Assembly (NCBI GenBank): GCA_963721085.1
Contig: CAVRHW010000034.1
Coordinates: forward strand, 2,675-66,674
DNA length: 64,000 nt
Source of the DNA: an uncultured Gammaproteobacteria bacterium
Lineage (GTDB): Bacteria; Pseudomonadota; Gammaproteobacteria; SZUA-229
Direction: 5' to 3'
Each line of letters starts with the position of its first letter. The stretch's first letter is position 1. This document shows positions 29,687 through 40,272 of this stretch, piece after piece. Under the pieces are notes generated by a model. It ran no database searches, was not told the DNA's origin, and saw nothing but the letters and a program-made list of their open reading frames with translations. Both the position numbers and the translations under genes were made by a program.

Positions 29687-30721
29687 CTATGCCTGGCCGC
29701 TAATAGCGCCTGCCAGAGAGAGCGCTTTGTTACGCTGCTCTTCGCAGTGTTTAACGCACAGCGGCTGCAAAGCGTGCGGGAAACATTCCATAATCACTTC
29801 AAATTCATCGGCAACATCTTCTGCCAGTGCGGCATCATTTGTTAACGCCGCCAGCTTGCCTCGCGCAGTTACCTTGTTTACCCTGCAGAGCACAGACAGG
29901 TGCACCGGGCGTTGCTGCTCCATACAAACTTTCCAGGCAGTTTCGTAGGACCTTGCCGCCTCTTCAAAGCGATCAGGATTTTCTTCTGATTCAGCCAGGT
30001 TAAGTAACACTGCCCCGCAATTATTATGTGCAGCTGCAAGCTCAACCGGGTAATTATCAGCATCGAGCTCTGAAATCGCATTTTTATAGGCGACAACCGC
30101 CTTCTGAAAAGTACGATTACCTTTCAGCAGTGTCCCGTAGGTATGAAGGGTCATGCCCAGCTGCAGCATGATCAATTTCCATTCTTCCGGTGTTTCTTTT
30201 TTCGTATACACCAGTAACGCCGCGGTATAGGCATCAACCGCATTATTCAGTGCCTTGGCATCTGATTCGAGTCGACCCAGGGCGTGTAGCGCCGTTGCCA
30301 GGTTTGCCTGCATTGCAGCCCATTCTAACGGTGAGTCTTCCTGCTTATATTCCTGCAATGCAAGCGTAAAACACTCAACAGCCTTCTGAAAGACACCGGA
30401 ATCGTGCCGCTGTTGTCCGATGGCGCCAAGAATATTTCCCAGGCGGTTTTGCGTTTCAGCCCAGGCTACTGGATCCTGTTTACGAAGTTCATCTGTCAGC
30501 GACGCCTCAAGCGCATCACGTAAATTTTCAAATACATTTGCACTGAAAATATGCTGCTCAAAATTGCCACGCGTATAAAGAAAATTATCTACGACCGGTA
30601 CACTTCTGTCAGGCGTAGCAAGTTTCAGCATTTCTTCATCAAGCAAGCCAAGAGAACTCGCCACAGCGCGTTCGAGTACGCGGTTCACAGGGTATAAGAT
30701 GTATGGCTTTGAATAATTCAT
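29687..30721 (-). CDS. TPR-like helical-repeat protein, translationally coupled to the upstream FKBP gene
   Basis: 344-aa ORF with repeated W-xx-Q-xx-LG-x-L / A-V-x-AY-x-AL helical pairs. Its ATG overlaps the FKBP stop (ATGA at 30718-30721). Confidence 0.65.
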   Translation of the reverse strand: MNYSKPYILYPVNRVLERAVASSLGLLDEEMLKLATPDRSVPVVDNFLYTRGNFEQHIFSANVFENLRDALEASLTDELRKQDPVAWAETQNRLGNILGAIGQQRHDSGVFQKAVECFTLALQEYKQEDSPLEWAAMQANLATALHALGRLESDAKALNNAVDAYTAALLVYTKKETPEEWKLIMLQLGMTLHTYGTLLKGNRTFQKAVVAYKNAISELDADNYPVELAAAHNNCGAVLLNLAESEENPDRFEEAARSYETAWKVCMEQQRPVHLSVLCRVNKVTARGKLAALTNDAALAEDVADEFEVIMECFPHALQPLCVKHCEEQRNKALSLAGAISGQA

Positions 30722-31227
30722 TCTGCTCGCGCGAGTATTTCGTTTAAGTCCGGGTTGGCGTCAATGGGACCACCATGCTCGATTTCTTCATCAGTAGCGT
30801 CACGTATCAACAACACTTCCAGCACGAAGGTAACATCTCTGCCGCAAAGTGGATTATTACCATCAACGGTCAAGGTCTTGTCATCAAAGCGTGTAACGAT
30901 GAAATTTTTCATTTCACCCTTTTCATTTTCCATAGTGATGGTCATGCCAATCTCCCGGTATTCCTCTGGCACGTTTTCGATATGGTCGGTAAATACCAGC
31001 GACTCGTCTCTTTCACCATATAACAGCGTGGTATCAATGGGCACTTCGATGACATCACCCACTTTCTTACCATAAAGATGTTTTGTCACATCTTCTGACA
31101 TCACATCATTAGCACCATGAACATACCCCAGGGGGTAGTCCACCGTAACAAGTATATCGCCGGTTTTATCATCGACGACCTTATAATTGAGTTCAACGAA
31201 TTTTCCGTCTTCAATTGTATCTGACAT
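30718..31227 (-). CDS. SlyD-like FKBP-type peptidyl-prolyl cis-trans isomerase
   Basis: VELNYKVVDDKTGDIL...YPLGYVHG...LYGERDESLV...VDGNNPLCGRDVTFVLEVLLIRDATDEEIEHG matches the FKBP plus insert-in-flap layout of SlyD-type chaperones. Confidence 0.8.
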   Translation of the reverse strand: MSDTIEDGKFVELNYKVVDDKTGDILVTVDYPLGYVHGANDVMSEDVTKHLYGKKVGDVIEVPIDTTLLYGERDESLVFTDHIENVPEEYREIGMTITMENEKGEMKNFIVTRFDDKTLTVDGNNPLCGRDVTFVLEVLLIRDATDEEIEHGGPIDANPDLNEILARAE

Positions 31228-31259
31228 ATTGAATCAACCTGTTTATTACTAATGATGTT

Positions 31260-31610
31260 TTAAAATAACGTTGCACCGAAAATCCTTACCTTCTCCTTTT
31301 CATAGCCCAGCACCAGCCTGCCCAGCCATTCCGCTTTGGTTTTTTTATTAAGCACCTTATAAAGCACAGTGACATATTCACCTCGGCGTATCATGCCGAG
31401 ATAGGTATAATCTTCCGACAGGTTCTTAGCTAAATCGCTTCTCGCAAACTGTTTACCCATCTCAACTTCGTTTGCGCCCTGCATGAACGAAGATGAAAAG
31501 TTACGTGTAAAAGCACCGTAATTGCCTTCATTAGAGTACTTGACCAGATCCGCCCACATTGGGTTGGCAAGCTCCAGAATCTCTTCATCTGTTTTTTCAA
31601 TTATATTCAT
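31260..31610 (-). CDS. Hypothetical protein (116 aa) immediately downstream of aprA
   Basis: Intact ORF in the same orientation as aprMBA and the FKBP/TPR pair. I recognise no family. Confidence 0.55.
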   Translation of the reverse strand: MNIIEKTDEEILELANPMWADLVKYSNEGNYGAFTRNFSSSFMQGANEVEMGKQFARSDLAKNLSEDYTYLGMIRRGEYVTVLYKVLNKKTKAEWLGRLVLGYEKEKVRIFGATLF

Positions 31611-31724
31611 CGTGTAACTCCATTAAAAAAACATGATCGTTTTTTAATATTAAGCTTTAATCTGATATTCAAATCTAAAGATAAAAAAAGGACCAACATT
31701 TTTACATGTCAGTCCTTCTTTAAG

Positions 31725-31768
31725 AACAAATATTGCCTGACTGGCTCAGAAGACCAGGCCAGTCAGGC
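31725..31768 (-). terminator. Strong hairpin 10 nt downstream of aprA (terminator or attenuator)
   Basis: Perfect 11-bp stem, GCCTGACTGGC (31735-31745) / GCCAGTCAGGC (31758-31768), with a 12-nt loop, followed on the minus strand by AAUAUUUGUU. Confidence 0.55.
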
Positions 31769-31778
31769 CTATATTTGT

Positions 31779-33671
31779 TTAGTGCTCACCACCAGCTGGT
31801 TTTTTCTCTACATCACCAACCAGGTGATACAAAGGCGCCTTCTCCATGGTGTATTCGCCAGTCTTAGGATCACGACGAGAAACTGTCAGCACGTGCCAGT
31901 TCGCATCATCCAGTTTCATGGCATCACCACGATAGTAGTAACCCGGCCAGCGTGTTTCCTTACGGAACAACGTATGCTGGAACACACTTTCAGAAGTCAA
32001 CCAACGATGCTTCAGCTCCCATGCACGCAGCAGTTCGTGAATATCTGAAGCCGCAACCTTGTCCAGGTCTTCACCCAGGATTGCCATCTTCTTCAGACCG
32101 ATGCTCAGCAGCTTGTCATTGGTCATGTAGTTAACACCAAAACCACCACAATACTCATCCATCAGTTTCTGCAGACGATCCAGACCCTGACGTGGGTTGA
32201 TGAAGTTAGGATTAACCGATCCAGCAACGACTTCGTTACTATAAACACGATATGTTTCCAGTGGCTTGTAGATTTCTTCTCTACGACGGTTAATCTGCGC
32301 ATCAGACACGCGAATGCCTTCAGCCTTGCCATCATCGATATACTGACATGCGGCTTTAGCAGCCAAACGGCCTTCAGTAAAAGAGCCCGATGAGAATGCA
32401 TGTGGTGTACCGCCTACGGCGTCACCTGCACCGAACAGACCTTCGACAGTCGTCATACGGTTGTAGCCCCAGAAATATTCTGGTGGTGATACGTCTTCAG
32501 GACCTGAACACCATGCGCCACAACCGGTTGCATGTGAACCCATAACATAAGGCTCGGAAGTTGTCAGCTCAGGGTTTTCGTACTTGGGATCAACGTCAGT
32601 TGCCGCCCACAGTACCGCCTGACCAACAGTCATACCCAGGAAGTTGTGCCAGCCAATTTCCTCAAGATGCGGATCCTGGAAGGCTTCCATGGTCACCATG
32701 TGAATAGGACCACGACCTGCATTAACCTCGTTGATAATTGCGTGGTTACGCAGACAGGTCGGAATTGGACGATGTGTTCTATGGGAAACTTCCGGGTCCA
32801 GATATTCCTTGCCTACCATTTCCTGCAGGGCCGGGAACCATTTGGATTCGTACTCTTCACCGTAAGCATTCTGAGTATAGGTTTTCAGATGCAGGAAGTA
32901 AGCACCAACAGGGCCGTAACCATCTTTGAATCGAGCCAGTACGATACGGTTTTCCATCTGGGTCATTTTCGCGCCGGCTTCGATCATCAGACCATAAGCA
33001 GAACCTGATGACCATGGAGCGTACCAGACACGACCGGCACCTTCACCAACCGAACGTGGTTTAAAGATGTTAGAAGCACCACCAGCACCACAGATCACAG
33101 TCTTGGACTTGAATACGTGGTAGTTACCAGTACGGACGTTGAAACCAACAGCACCCGCTACGCGGTTCTCTTTGGATTCATCCATCAGCAGATGAGTCAC
33201 ACAGATACGGTTGAATACCTTGTCTGCTGATTTTTTCGCAGCTTCTGCAACGATCGGCTTATATGATTCACCGTGAATCATGATCTGCCAGCGACCTTCA
33301 CGCAGATACGCACCGGTCTTGGTGTTGCGCATGATGGGCAGGCCCCATTCTTCAAACTGGTGCACAGCGGAGTCAACGTGACGTGCCATATCAAAGGCCA
33401 GGTCTTCACGTACCATACCCATTAAGTCGATACGCGCATAACGTACGTGATCTTCAGGATTGTTTTCGCCGAAGCGTGTGCCCATGTAGCAGTTAATTGC
33501 ATACAGGCCCTGTGCTACCGCACCAGAACGATCGATGTTTGCTTTTTCTGCAATCACAATCTTCTTGTCTTTGCCCCAATATCTTGCTTCGAAAGCAGCA
33601 CCGGTACCACCAAGGCCCGCACCTGCAACCAGGATGTCGATATCGTCTTCAATAATTGTCTTGTAGCCCAT
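31779..33671 (-). CDS. aprA: Adenylylsulfate (APS) reductase alpha subunit
   Basis: 630-aa flavoprotein with FAD motif ILVAGAGLGGTGAAFE. The remaining sequence is typical AprA. Its start overlaps the aprB stop (TGATG). Confidence 0.95.
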   Translation of the reverse strand: MGYKTIIEDDIDILVAGAGLGGTGAAFEARYWGKDKKIVIAEKANIDRSGAVAQGLYAINCYMGTRFGENNPEDHVRYARIDLMGMVREDLAFDMARHVDSAVHQFEEWGLPIMRNTKTGAYLREGRWQIMIHGESYKPIVAEAAKKSADKVFNRICVTHLLMDESKENRVAGAVGFNVRTGNYHVFKSKTVICGAGGASNIFKPRSVGEGAGRVWYAPWSSGSAYGLMIEAGAKMTQMENRIVLARFKDGYGPVGAYFLHLKTYTQNAYGEEYESKWFPALQEMVGKEYLDPEVSHRTHRPIPTCLRNHAIINEVNAGRGPIHMVTMEAFQDPHLEEIGWHNFLGMTVGQAVLWAATDVDPKYENPELTTSEPYVMGSHATGCGAWCSGPEDVSPPEYFWGYNRMTTVEGLFGAGDAVGGTPHAFSSGSFTEGRLAAKAACQYIDDGKAEGIRVSDAQINRRREEIYKPLETYRVYSNEVVAGSVNPNFINPRQGLDRLQKLMDEYCGGFGVNYMTNDKLLSIGLKKMAILGEDLDKVAASDIHELLRAWELKHRWLTSESVFQHTLFRKETRWPGYYYRGDAMKLDDANWHVLTVSRRDPKTGEYTMEKAPLYHLVGDVEKKPAGGEH

Positions 33672-34153
33672 CAGTATTGCACCCCTTCTTTAATTTCCAG
33701 GCCATTTGATTCCAGTGTATGCAAACCACCTTCATCCATACGAATGTACTTGGGCTCGTTAAACAGGTACTGACTGCTACGCATGTCATTGCCTGGTGCT
33801 GCTACGTCAGATAGCTGTGGAATAAACTTGCCCCATGGCTTGGTTGTAATAGGCGCCAGAAGCTCCATGTCTTTTTTACCGTTGCGGAACTTGATGCGCC
33901 ACGCAATCGTGCCTTTTTCTTCATCACGGTGTACTCGTACCGAGTGACCCAGTGGAGCGAAATCTGCATAGCCACGCACGTCAATCGCGTGATGAGGGCA
34001 GGCTTTTACACAGGAATAACATTCCCAGCACATGTTAGGTTCGATGTTGTAAGCACGACGAAGAGCTTTATCGATGTGCATGATGTCAGATGGGCAGATA
34101 TCAACGCACTGCCCACAACCATCACATCGAGTCATATATACAAAAGTTGGCAT
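33671..34153 (-). CDS. aprB: Adenylylsulfate reductase beta subunit (2x[4Fe-4S])
   Basis: MPTFVYMTRCDGCGQCVDICPSDIMHID...CWECYSCVKACP, plus the AprB-specific C-terminal tail. Confidence 0.95.
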   Translation of the reverse strand: MPTFVYMTRCDGCGQCVDICPSDIMHIDKALRRAYNIEPNMCWECYSCVKACPHHAIDVRGYADFAPLGHSVRVHRDEEKGTIAWRIKFRNGKKDMELLAPITTKPWGKFIPQLSDVAAPGNDMRSSQYLFNEPKYIRMDEGGLHTLESNGLEIKEGVQY

Positions 34154-34191
34154 AATATTCTCTCTTTAAATAATTGTTATTAACTTAAATG

Positions 34192-35031
34192 CTAGTAATG
34201 GCTTGCAGGCTCGCGACGGATACCTTTACCCATGTATTCCGGCTTCTTGCCCATATATTCTGGGATATCCGGGAATTTTGCCTGTACTGCAGGATCTGTC
34301 AGATCGTATTCAAGAGGCAAATTCTCTCTTGAACCATCGGCTCTGGTAACTTTTTTCTGGAAAGCTGCTGCAGGCTTGAAGAACATGTGTGCGAACTTGG
34401 ACCACAGCACAGTGCTGAACAGTATTGTACTTGAAAGAACGAACAATACGAACCACAGGCTGATACCACCACCAGTAAACGACCAGATCAATGCGAAAGT
34501 CGCGGTAGAGATAAGACCAATGATGAAGACATCTCCACGGCCTTCGAAGCGGTACCATGAAAGACCTTCCGCAGATACATCAACGCGGATGAAGAACCAG
34601 AACCAGTATCCACCAAGACACAGCATCAGCGCACCAATATGCCAAAGCGCAGGCAGGATCGTTGGTGTGGCAGCGTCTGCGCTTGCATAACCAAAAATCA
34701 TAATGGCAGTAGTAGCAACAAATATAATGAAGCCATACATGGTCAACAGATGAGAAAGTCTGCGTCTTGTATTGCAGAATTCAGAAGAAGTTAATACTTC
34801 GCTCGCGACCGTTGAAATTGCAAGACTCGCTTTCTCTCCTGCACTTACTGATCGTTTTGCATTCGCCTGTGCTTTTTTCGCGTTTTCGAAAAAATACTGC
34901 GCGCTTTTCTTATGGATCATGTCAAGCACTGTTCCGCCGATCACCAGCAGAACCATTAGGATGACATACCCCTGCATGATGTCAGGTGATATTGATGCAG
35001 AAAGCTCGGAAAAAGGATTACTCGTAAACAT
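34192..35031 (-). CDS. aprM: APS reductase membrane anchor
   Basis: 279-aa ORF with about 5 TM helices and a cytoplasmic tail. It lies directly upstream of aprBA, as in aprMBA operons of sulfur-oxidising Gammaproteobacteria. Confidence 0.75.
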   Translation of the reverse strand: MFTSNPFSELSASISPDIMQGYVILMVLLVIGGTVLDMIHKKSAQYFFENAKKAQANAKRSVSAGEKASLAISTVASEVLTSSEFCNTRRRLSHLLTMYGFIIFVATTAIMIFGYASADAATPTILPALWHIGALMLCLGGYWFWFFIRVDVSAEGLSWYRFEGRGDVFIIGLISTATFALIWSFTGGGISLWFVLFVLSSTILFSTVLWSKFAHMFFKPAAAFQKKVTRADGSRENLPLEYDLTDPAVQAKFPDIPEYMGKKPEYMGKGIRREPASHY

Positions 35032-35952
35032 TTGATTCTCCTCGAATCTCGAATTTTTAGTCGTTAGATTATCCTTAAGTCGGTGTCAGACGCCGAGTTC
35101 ACAAAGAACCGGGCGGGACACACAGGGGTAATCCGCCGCGTAATATAACATTTTTAAGCGCTTAGGTGGTATTTCACAGGCAAAAACCAGCATTTACCTG
35201 CGAACCCATTCAAATTCTCTACTGTACTGATTTCAGGTGGTTAGATGAGAATCATACCTGCAGGCACAATCCGCCCTGTACAGAACAGCGAGGCGTACTA
35301 TACAGCTTTCAGTAGGGTTTCTCTATAAGAGGCAAAGCGCACTGACAACGATTTTTTCTATCTGTCGATAGAATTCGCTTATGGAATCGTCAGCATTCGA
35401 TAAAGAAGAAATATAGTTAAACGGACTGTTATCAGCCTGACCGCCCAGCTCAGATCGAGCCCGGCCATGACTGAGCAACTGTGTGCTGAGCATTTGCCTG
35501 GCATCGACCCAGGCCTGCCCGACCGTGAAGCCAGCCTGGCCGGCCAGCTGGGCAAATTCAGCGAAGCGGTTATTTGCAGGAGGTGGTTTTGGTGTGACGC
35601 GCCTGTGCAGCATTGCATAAAGCGTGATGGGAAGGCCGTAATTGCCCGCTCTGCAGCCAGTTCGTCCTGCATGCGCTGCAACAGATTGAGATTGAATGCC
35701 GCTGTCACACCCACTGTATCCGTAGTAAGCCAGGTCGAGGACCGCTCTGGCTTTTTTAAGATCAGCACCGATCAGCGCAATACAGACATCCAGTAATCGC
35801 TATTCCTGGCCGAGAAAACCAGGCTGAAATTGAAAATAAAGTCGGGTGCGAATCACATCGTACCGGCATCGTGTCGCACAAAGGCCGATTCAAAAATCCG
35901 TCTGAGGGGCAGGAAGCCAGCGACCGCACAGTGACCCCGTTGACCGTGTTGT

Positions 35953-36279
35953 TCAATCGCTGAACTTCACCATGCGGGTCACCTGAATATCCGAGATAAA
36001 CACAACCCCGGAGTGCTCATTATAGAAAGGCGCAAATCCCTGCAGGATCGGGTTCACCAGGTGCTCCGGCACGGCGGCGATAATCATGATCAGTACATCA
36101 TCTTCATTGAACATTATGTGGCCGTCGTGAAAACCATGGCGGCCCTTGCCCGACAGATTATTAATAATGGTATACCCTTTGACTCCGATACGATCCAGCA
36201 GATCGGTCGCGAATGCCTGGTGCTCGCCTTCCAGAATAATTTCGAGTTTTTTGATCGGACTGAACTTCAGGTTTTTCAT
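35953..36279 (-). CDS. P-II-like signal-transduction protein associated with the DAB/carboxysome locus
   Basis: 108-aa ORF. KLEIILEGEHQAFATDLLDRIGVKGYTII...GKGRHG...VLIMIIA has the P-II beta-alpha-beta layout with a T-loop-like GKGRHG. It overlaps the dabA stop by 4 nt. Confidence 0.75.
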   Translation of the reverse strand: MKNLKFSPIKKLEIILEGEHQAFATDLLDRIGVKGYTIINNLSGKGRHGFHDGHIMFNEDDVLIMIIAAVPEHLVNPILQGFAPFYNEHSGVVFISDIQVTRMVKFSD

Positions 36280-39200
36280 GATGCAATCACCTCCTGCTCT
36301 GCCACCTGACTGGCATTAGATTGAATACGCTGTTCTTGCCATTGCCCTTTGCAATGAATGTGAATTTTTCGGGTTTCAGGATCGATCACCATGACGCGAA
36401 TCCAGCCGTTGTTCAGCAAACGCCGAACCACCGAAACCCGATCGATAGCGGATAACACCTGCTGGAACGGCGCTTCGATAACGGTCATCAACCGCATCGG
36501 TTCATGGTACGGCCGTCCCTGTGCCAGCACTGTCTGTGCAGGCAGTCCGGTACGCAGATCGCTGAGGTTACCCGTCATCACACCGAAGCGACCGGCAACA
36601 TTGTGATACACCTTGCTGCCGCTGCCGTAGTGTTCGTTATCGACCGTAGAAAAATAATGTTCCATGTTGATCCACTGCCCCACTACCAGCGGACCGGTCA
36701 TAATGTTTTCCAGCAAGCGCTGTTTTTTGTCTACCCGGTAATCGTAGGAATGCAGAAAAGCGCGCCCATCCAGTGAAAACTGATCGGTCAGCGCACGACG
36801 CCCGATAATAAAATAGGCATTACCCGACAATCCCCACTCGGGTCGCACCTGTGACCAGTCCATCGCATTACGCAATGCACGCTTGCCCGCTTCTGCGGGA
36901 CTGATGCTGGTGACTTCCGATTCCAGGGTGGGCAGTCGTTCCTGCGCGCACAAACGACTCGCCGCAGTAAGACCGCTTTGCAAACGATCCAGATAGACCG
37001 GGTGCGATGATGGCAGGCGATCAAGATCATGCAGACTGACTTCATCGGTGGTCGTGTTGTGCAGTGCCGGCATGAACCAGGCATCATCCGGAATGTGAAT
37101 ACCCTGTTGTTGCAAACGTTGGCGCACAGCAGGTTTGTTCGCCATGCTGGCAAAAATGCGCGCACTGGTCAGACCCAGATTACCGCCACAGGCACCACAA
37201 TCCAGCGCCGATTCATACGGATTGTTTTCAGACTGGCTGCCATGCCCGACAACCAGCACAAAACGGGAAAACTCGTTGGTCATGCCGATGGCGCTCAGCG
37301 CCTGCGACACAAATACCACCTGCTCATCCAGTGAAAAACCGATGCGTCCCAGTCGTTCCATCTGCAACCTGGCGTCAGACGTGTTGATACGATACGCCAG
37401 ACGCAAACGCTGGATAAATGCACTGGCCTGCTCGGCAGTGAACTGCAGTTGCTGTTGCAACAAAGGTGTTGATCTTCGGTATGGCCCAGCGCGGCTTCAC
37501 GCAGTTCGCGTATCAAGCTGTCATTGATGTTTTCCGGTGGAACCTCCAGTTCATGTTCAAGCGCTTTCGCAATCACTGCGCGTTGCACCGCGCGCACAAT
37601 GGAATCGGCCTGTTCACGACTGAGTTTGTCGATCAGCAAATGTGAATGCGTCTTATGATTATGCAGCTTCGAACGCCAACGATTATAGGCACTGGGCGCC
37701 AGCGTCTTACCCACCATGTCCAGACCGAACAGCAAACCGATCGCCTCAACCGTGACAAACGGAGTGAGTACCGATTCCTTTAAGTTCGTGCAAGCGCCTT
37801 TTCCATGGCAGACACGGCAACCGGATCATGAGTCTCCTTAACCGACATTTCCATTACCAGATTTTTCGGTGTCAGCAGTACCGGGCATAGATGGGTTTCG
37901 CTGCCCTTGCCCAGTTCCATGAAGCTGACAGGCACACCGAAGAAACCGGCAATACCGAAAGTTTGATAATCGCCCACACCTTCCAGGTGACGCCGCAAAC
38001 GTTCCGAACGGGTATCGATGCAGAACAAGGCCTGGGCAAAGGGACGCTTTTCGCGCGGCACAGGTGGTTCGAGATGAACGCTCTGCAGCAAGCGATCCAT
38101 GGCCGATCGCTTCCATGGCTTCCAGCCACAGCATGCCTTCGCTCTGCTCGCAGGCATGCATCGTGTCGATCAGTCGGACAGCGCGTCATCAGACATATTC
38201 TTCCAGCGCTGTAGAAGCACCGGCGCATTCGGCAAGCCGTTGCAGCGACGACTGCCTGCGCAGTGGCATCGCGCTCGGAATTTCTCCTGCCGGTACGCCA
38301 GACACAGCTGTTCGATCCTGTCGATGCTACGCCGAGCAGTAACACGGACTCCACCCGTTGCGCCCATGCCGGCAGAATCTGCTTGCCATAAAACTCGATA
38401 ACGCAGATAGGCCTCCATCGGGATGTTGCCGGATAAAGGTTCCAGTTGTTCGGTACTGTATGAGGGATGCTGTCGCGCCCGCGTTCACGAATCATGGCAA
38501 GTGCCAGTGTCAGTCGGATGGCGAGAAAATCAACCAGGTCGCCGGGATAACGACGTCCCTGATAATAATGCCGCGCATTGGAACGCCAGCGGATAAAACC
38601 AGCCCAGCCATGCAGACGCGCCAGTTCATGGCGGAAATATTGCATCCAGTGATCATGAGGAATCCCCAGGCATTCCATGACATGCACGATGATGCCTTCA
38701 GGTTCTTCCATCGACCGCCAGCGTTTCGCGTATCTGGCGCCCACGCAGAAACAGACGCGCATTTCGCCGTGCGACTTCGCGCCAGGCGCGAAAGAAGCCT
38801 TTCTCGCGTTCCGGCATTCCCCATACCGACTGGCCTTCATCAAAAAAGTCCAGGCAACTCTTGATCACCAGTTCATCCAGTTCTTCACCGATACCTGTTC
38901 CGCATAACAGATCCAGTGCTTCATACACGGGACGGTCATTCAGCAGGGGCTCGCACATCTGATCTGCCAGTCGTGTCAGGATCGCTATCGTCCTGCGCAT
39001 CCTGCACCGGTTCATGTCGCAGCGCCGCGCTGATATCGCTTACTGACCGTTCAATCGGAACTGGAAATATGGCGCGTCCATTTTCGTCAGCATTTGTCAA
39101 CCAGTGACTGCAGATCGATACCTTCGATAGCGGGCCGTTGTTGTCAGAAAGCCTCGATGCTTTCGTTAAGCGCCTGCGGATCGATCTTGCCTTGCTGGTA

Positions 39201-39411
39201 ATAGCGCTGATATTCCGACACGCGGCAGAAAACCGGCACCATGAAACAGACCGTTGCCCTTCCGCGACCGCCTCTCGAATGACAGTTGTTCCAGTCCATG
39301 CAGAGGGTTATGATGAATAAAAGCTCGCATCGGCCAGAAATTCGGGATCGGTTCTCCGGCCACAAACACCATGGAACGGATCTGCGTTTTCATACCGAGT
39401 GAAAGACTCAT
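36276..39411 (-). pseudogene. dabA: DabA (DUF2309) subunit of a DAB inorganic-carbon pump, heavily frameshifted in this assembly
   Basis: Start ATG 39411 (MSLSLGMKTQIRSMVFVAGEPIPNFWPMRAFIHHNPLHGLE). The fragments 39365-39144, 39015-38698, 38843-37872, 38157-37780 and 37735-37295, plus the intact C-terminal 395 aa at 37463-36276 (GHGSQSENNPYESALDCGACGG...), together read one DUF2309 protein across many frames. Confidence 0.85.
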
Positions 39412-40222
39412 AACAGCACCCCCGACAGATACAGGCCGGCAACAAGCAATACCACCAGTAACAGCGATATAGATCGTGGTGATACCGCGACTGAGATCGT
39501 CACCCGAGCTGATGTACGCCGGCCCGACCAGTATGTCCTGTAACAATCGCGCACCTGACCAGCTCCACAACAGCCAGACGGCCGCCACACCGACTGCCGC
39601 GCAGGGCACGACTCCGACCGCACGCGTCACATTGCTCAGCATCGAAAAAAAGCCTGGAAACAACGGGCTGCCTATAACCGCCAGCATCGTGATCACCAGC
39701 ACGCCGGACAGCCTTGGCTGGGCCTGCGCGACGCCACTGACAATGCCGGCGAACGCAGATTCATAACGCTGTTCAAGTTCGGCCACCAGACAGGCAGCAG
39801 GACCAGTGGCAGACTGAATGCCAGCACATGCAACACCAGTTGATTCGGCTTCACCCCAACTGCCAGTGCAATCCAGATCAGCGACCAGGCCGAGGTGGCC
39901 ATGAAACCTGTCCACACTTCTAGATTCGCTCACCACGACCGCTCTGAAGCCATACAGCAGCGCACTGCAACAGACGACCACAGGACTATTGCAGTTCGAG
40001 ACATCAGGCTGGCGCAGTATGCAATAGCCCCACACCCGGCAACGGCCAGAGCAGTAACAGCGAGGCACGCTGCCAGGCATTGCGCAACCGTTGAAACACC
40101 ACATTGAACACCATTCCCAGCGGGAACAACGGCAGAAACAGGCCTGCGATTATCCAGCTCTGTATCTGGCATATCAAACCCACCTCAGCCAGACATTCAA
40201 TCGTGTCGCCGAACAGTTCCAT
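39408..40222 (-). pseudogene. Additional small NuoM/N-like (proton-antiporter-type) membrane ORF between dabB and dabA, frameshifted
   Basis: ATG 40222 (MELFGDTIECLAEVGLICQIQSWIIAGLFLPLFPLG...). Later fragments read WSLIWIALAVGVKPNQLVLHVLAF and VITMLAVIGSPLFPGFFSMLS...WSGARLLQDILVGP. The last frame ends LLLVVLLVAGLYLSGVLL* with its TGA overlapping the dabA ATG (ATGA). Confidence 0.5.
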
Positions 40223-40272
40223 TCGCCGAGTCAGCCAGATGTATAGATCGCTGACATAAAATTCACGCGAGA

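Noticed and set aside
39166-40104. 312-aa ORF-track entry taken as a single gene.
   Set aside because: It fuses the C-terminal part of the Nuo-like membrane ORF to the N-terminus of dabA, because one frame happens to stay open across the ATGA junction at 39,408-39,411. Motif content shows that two different proteins are involved.
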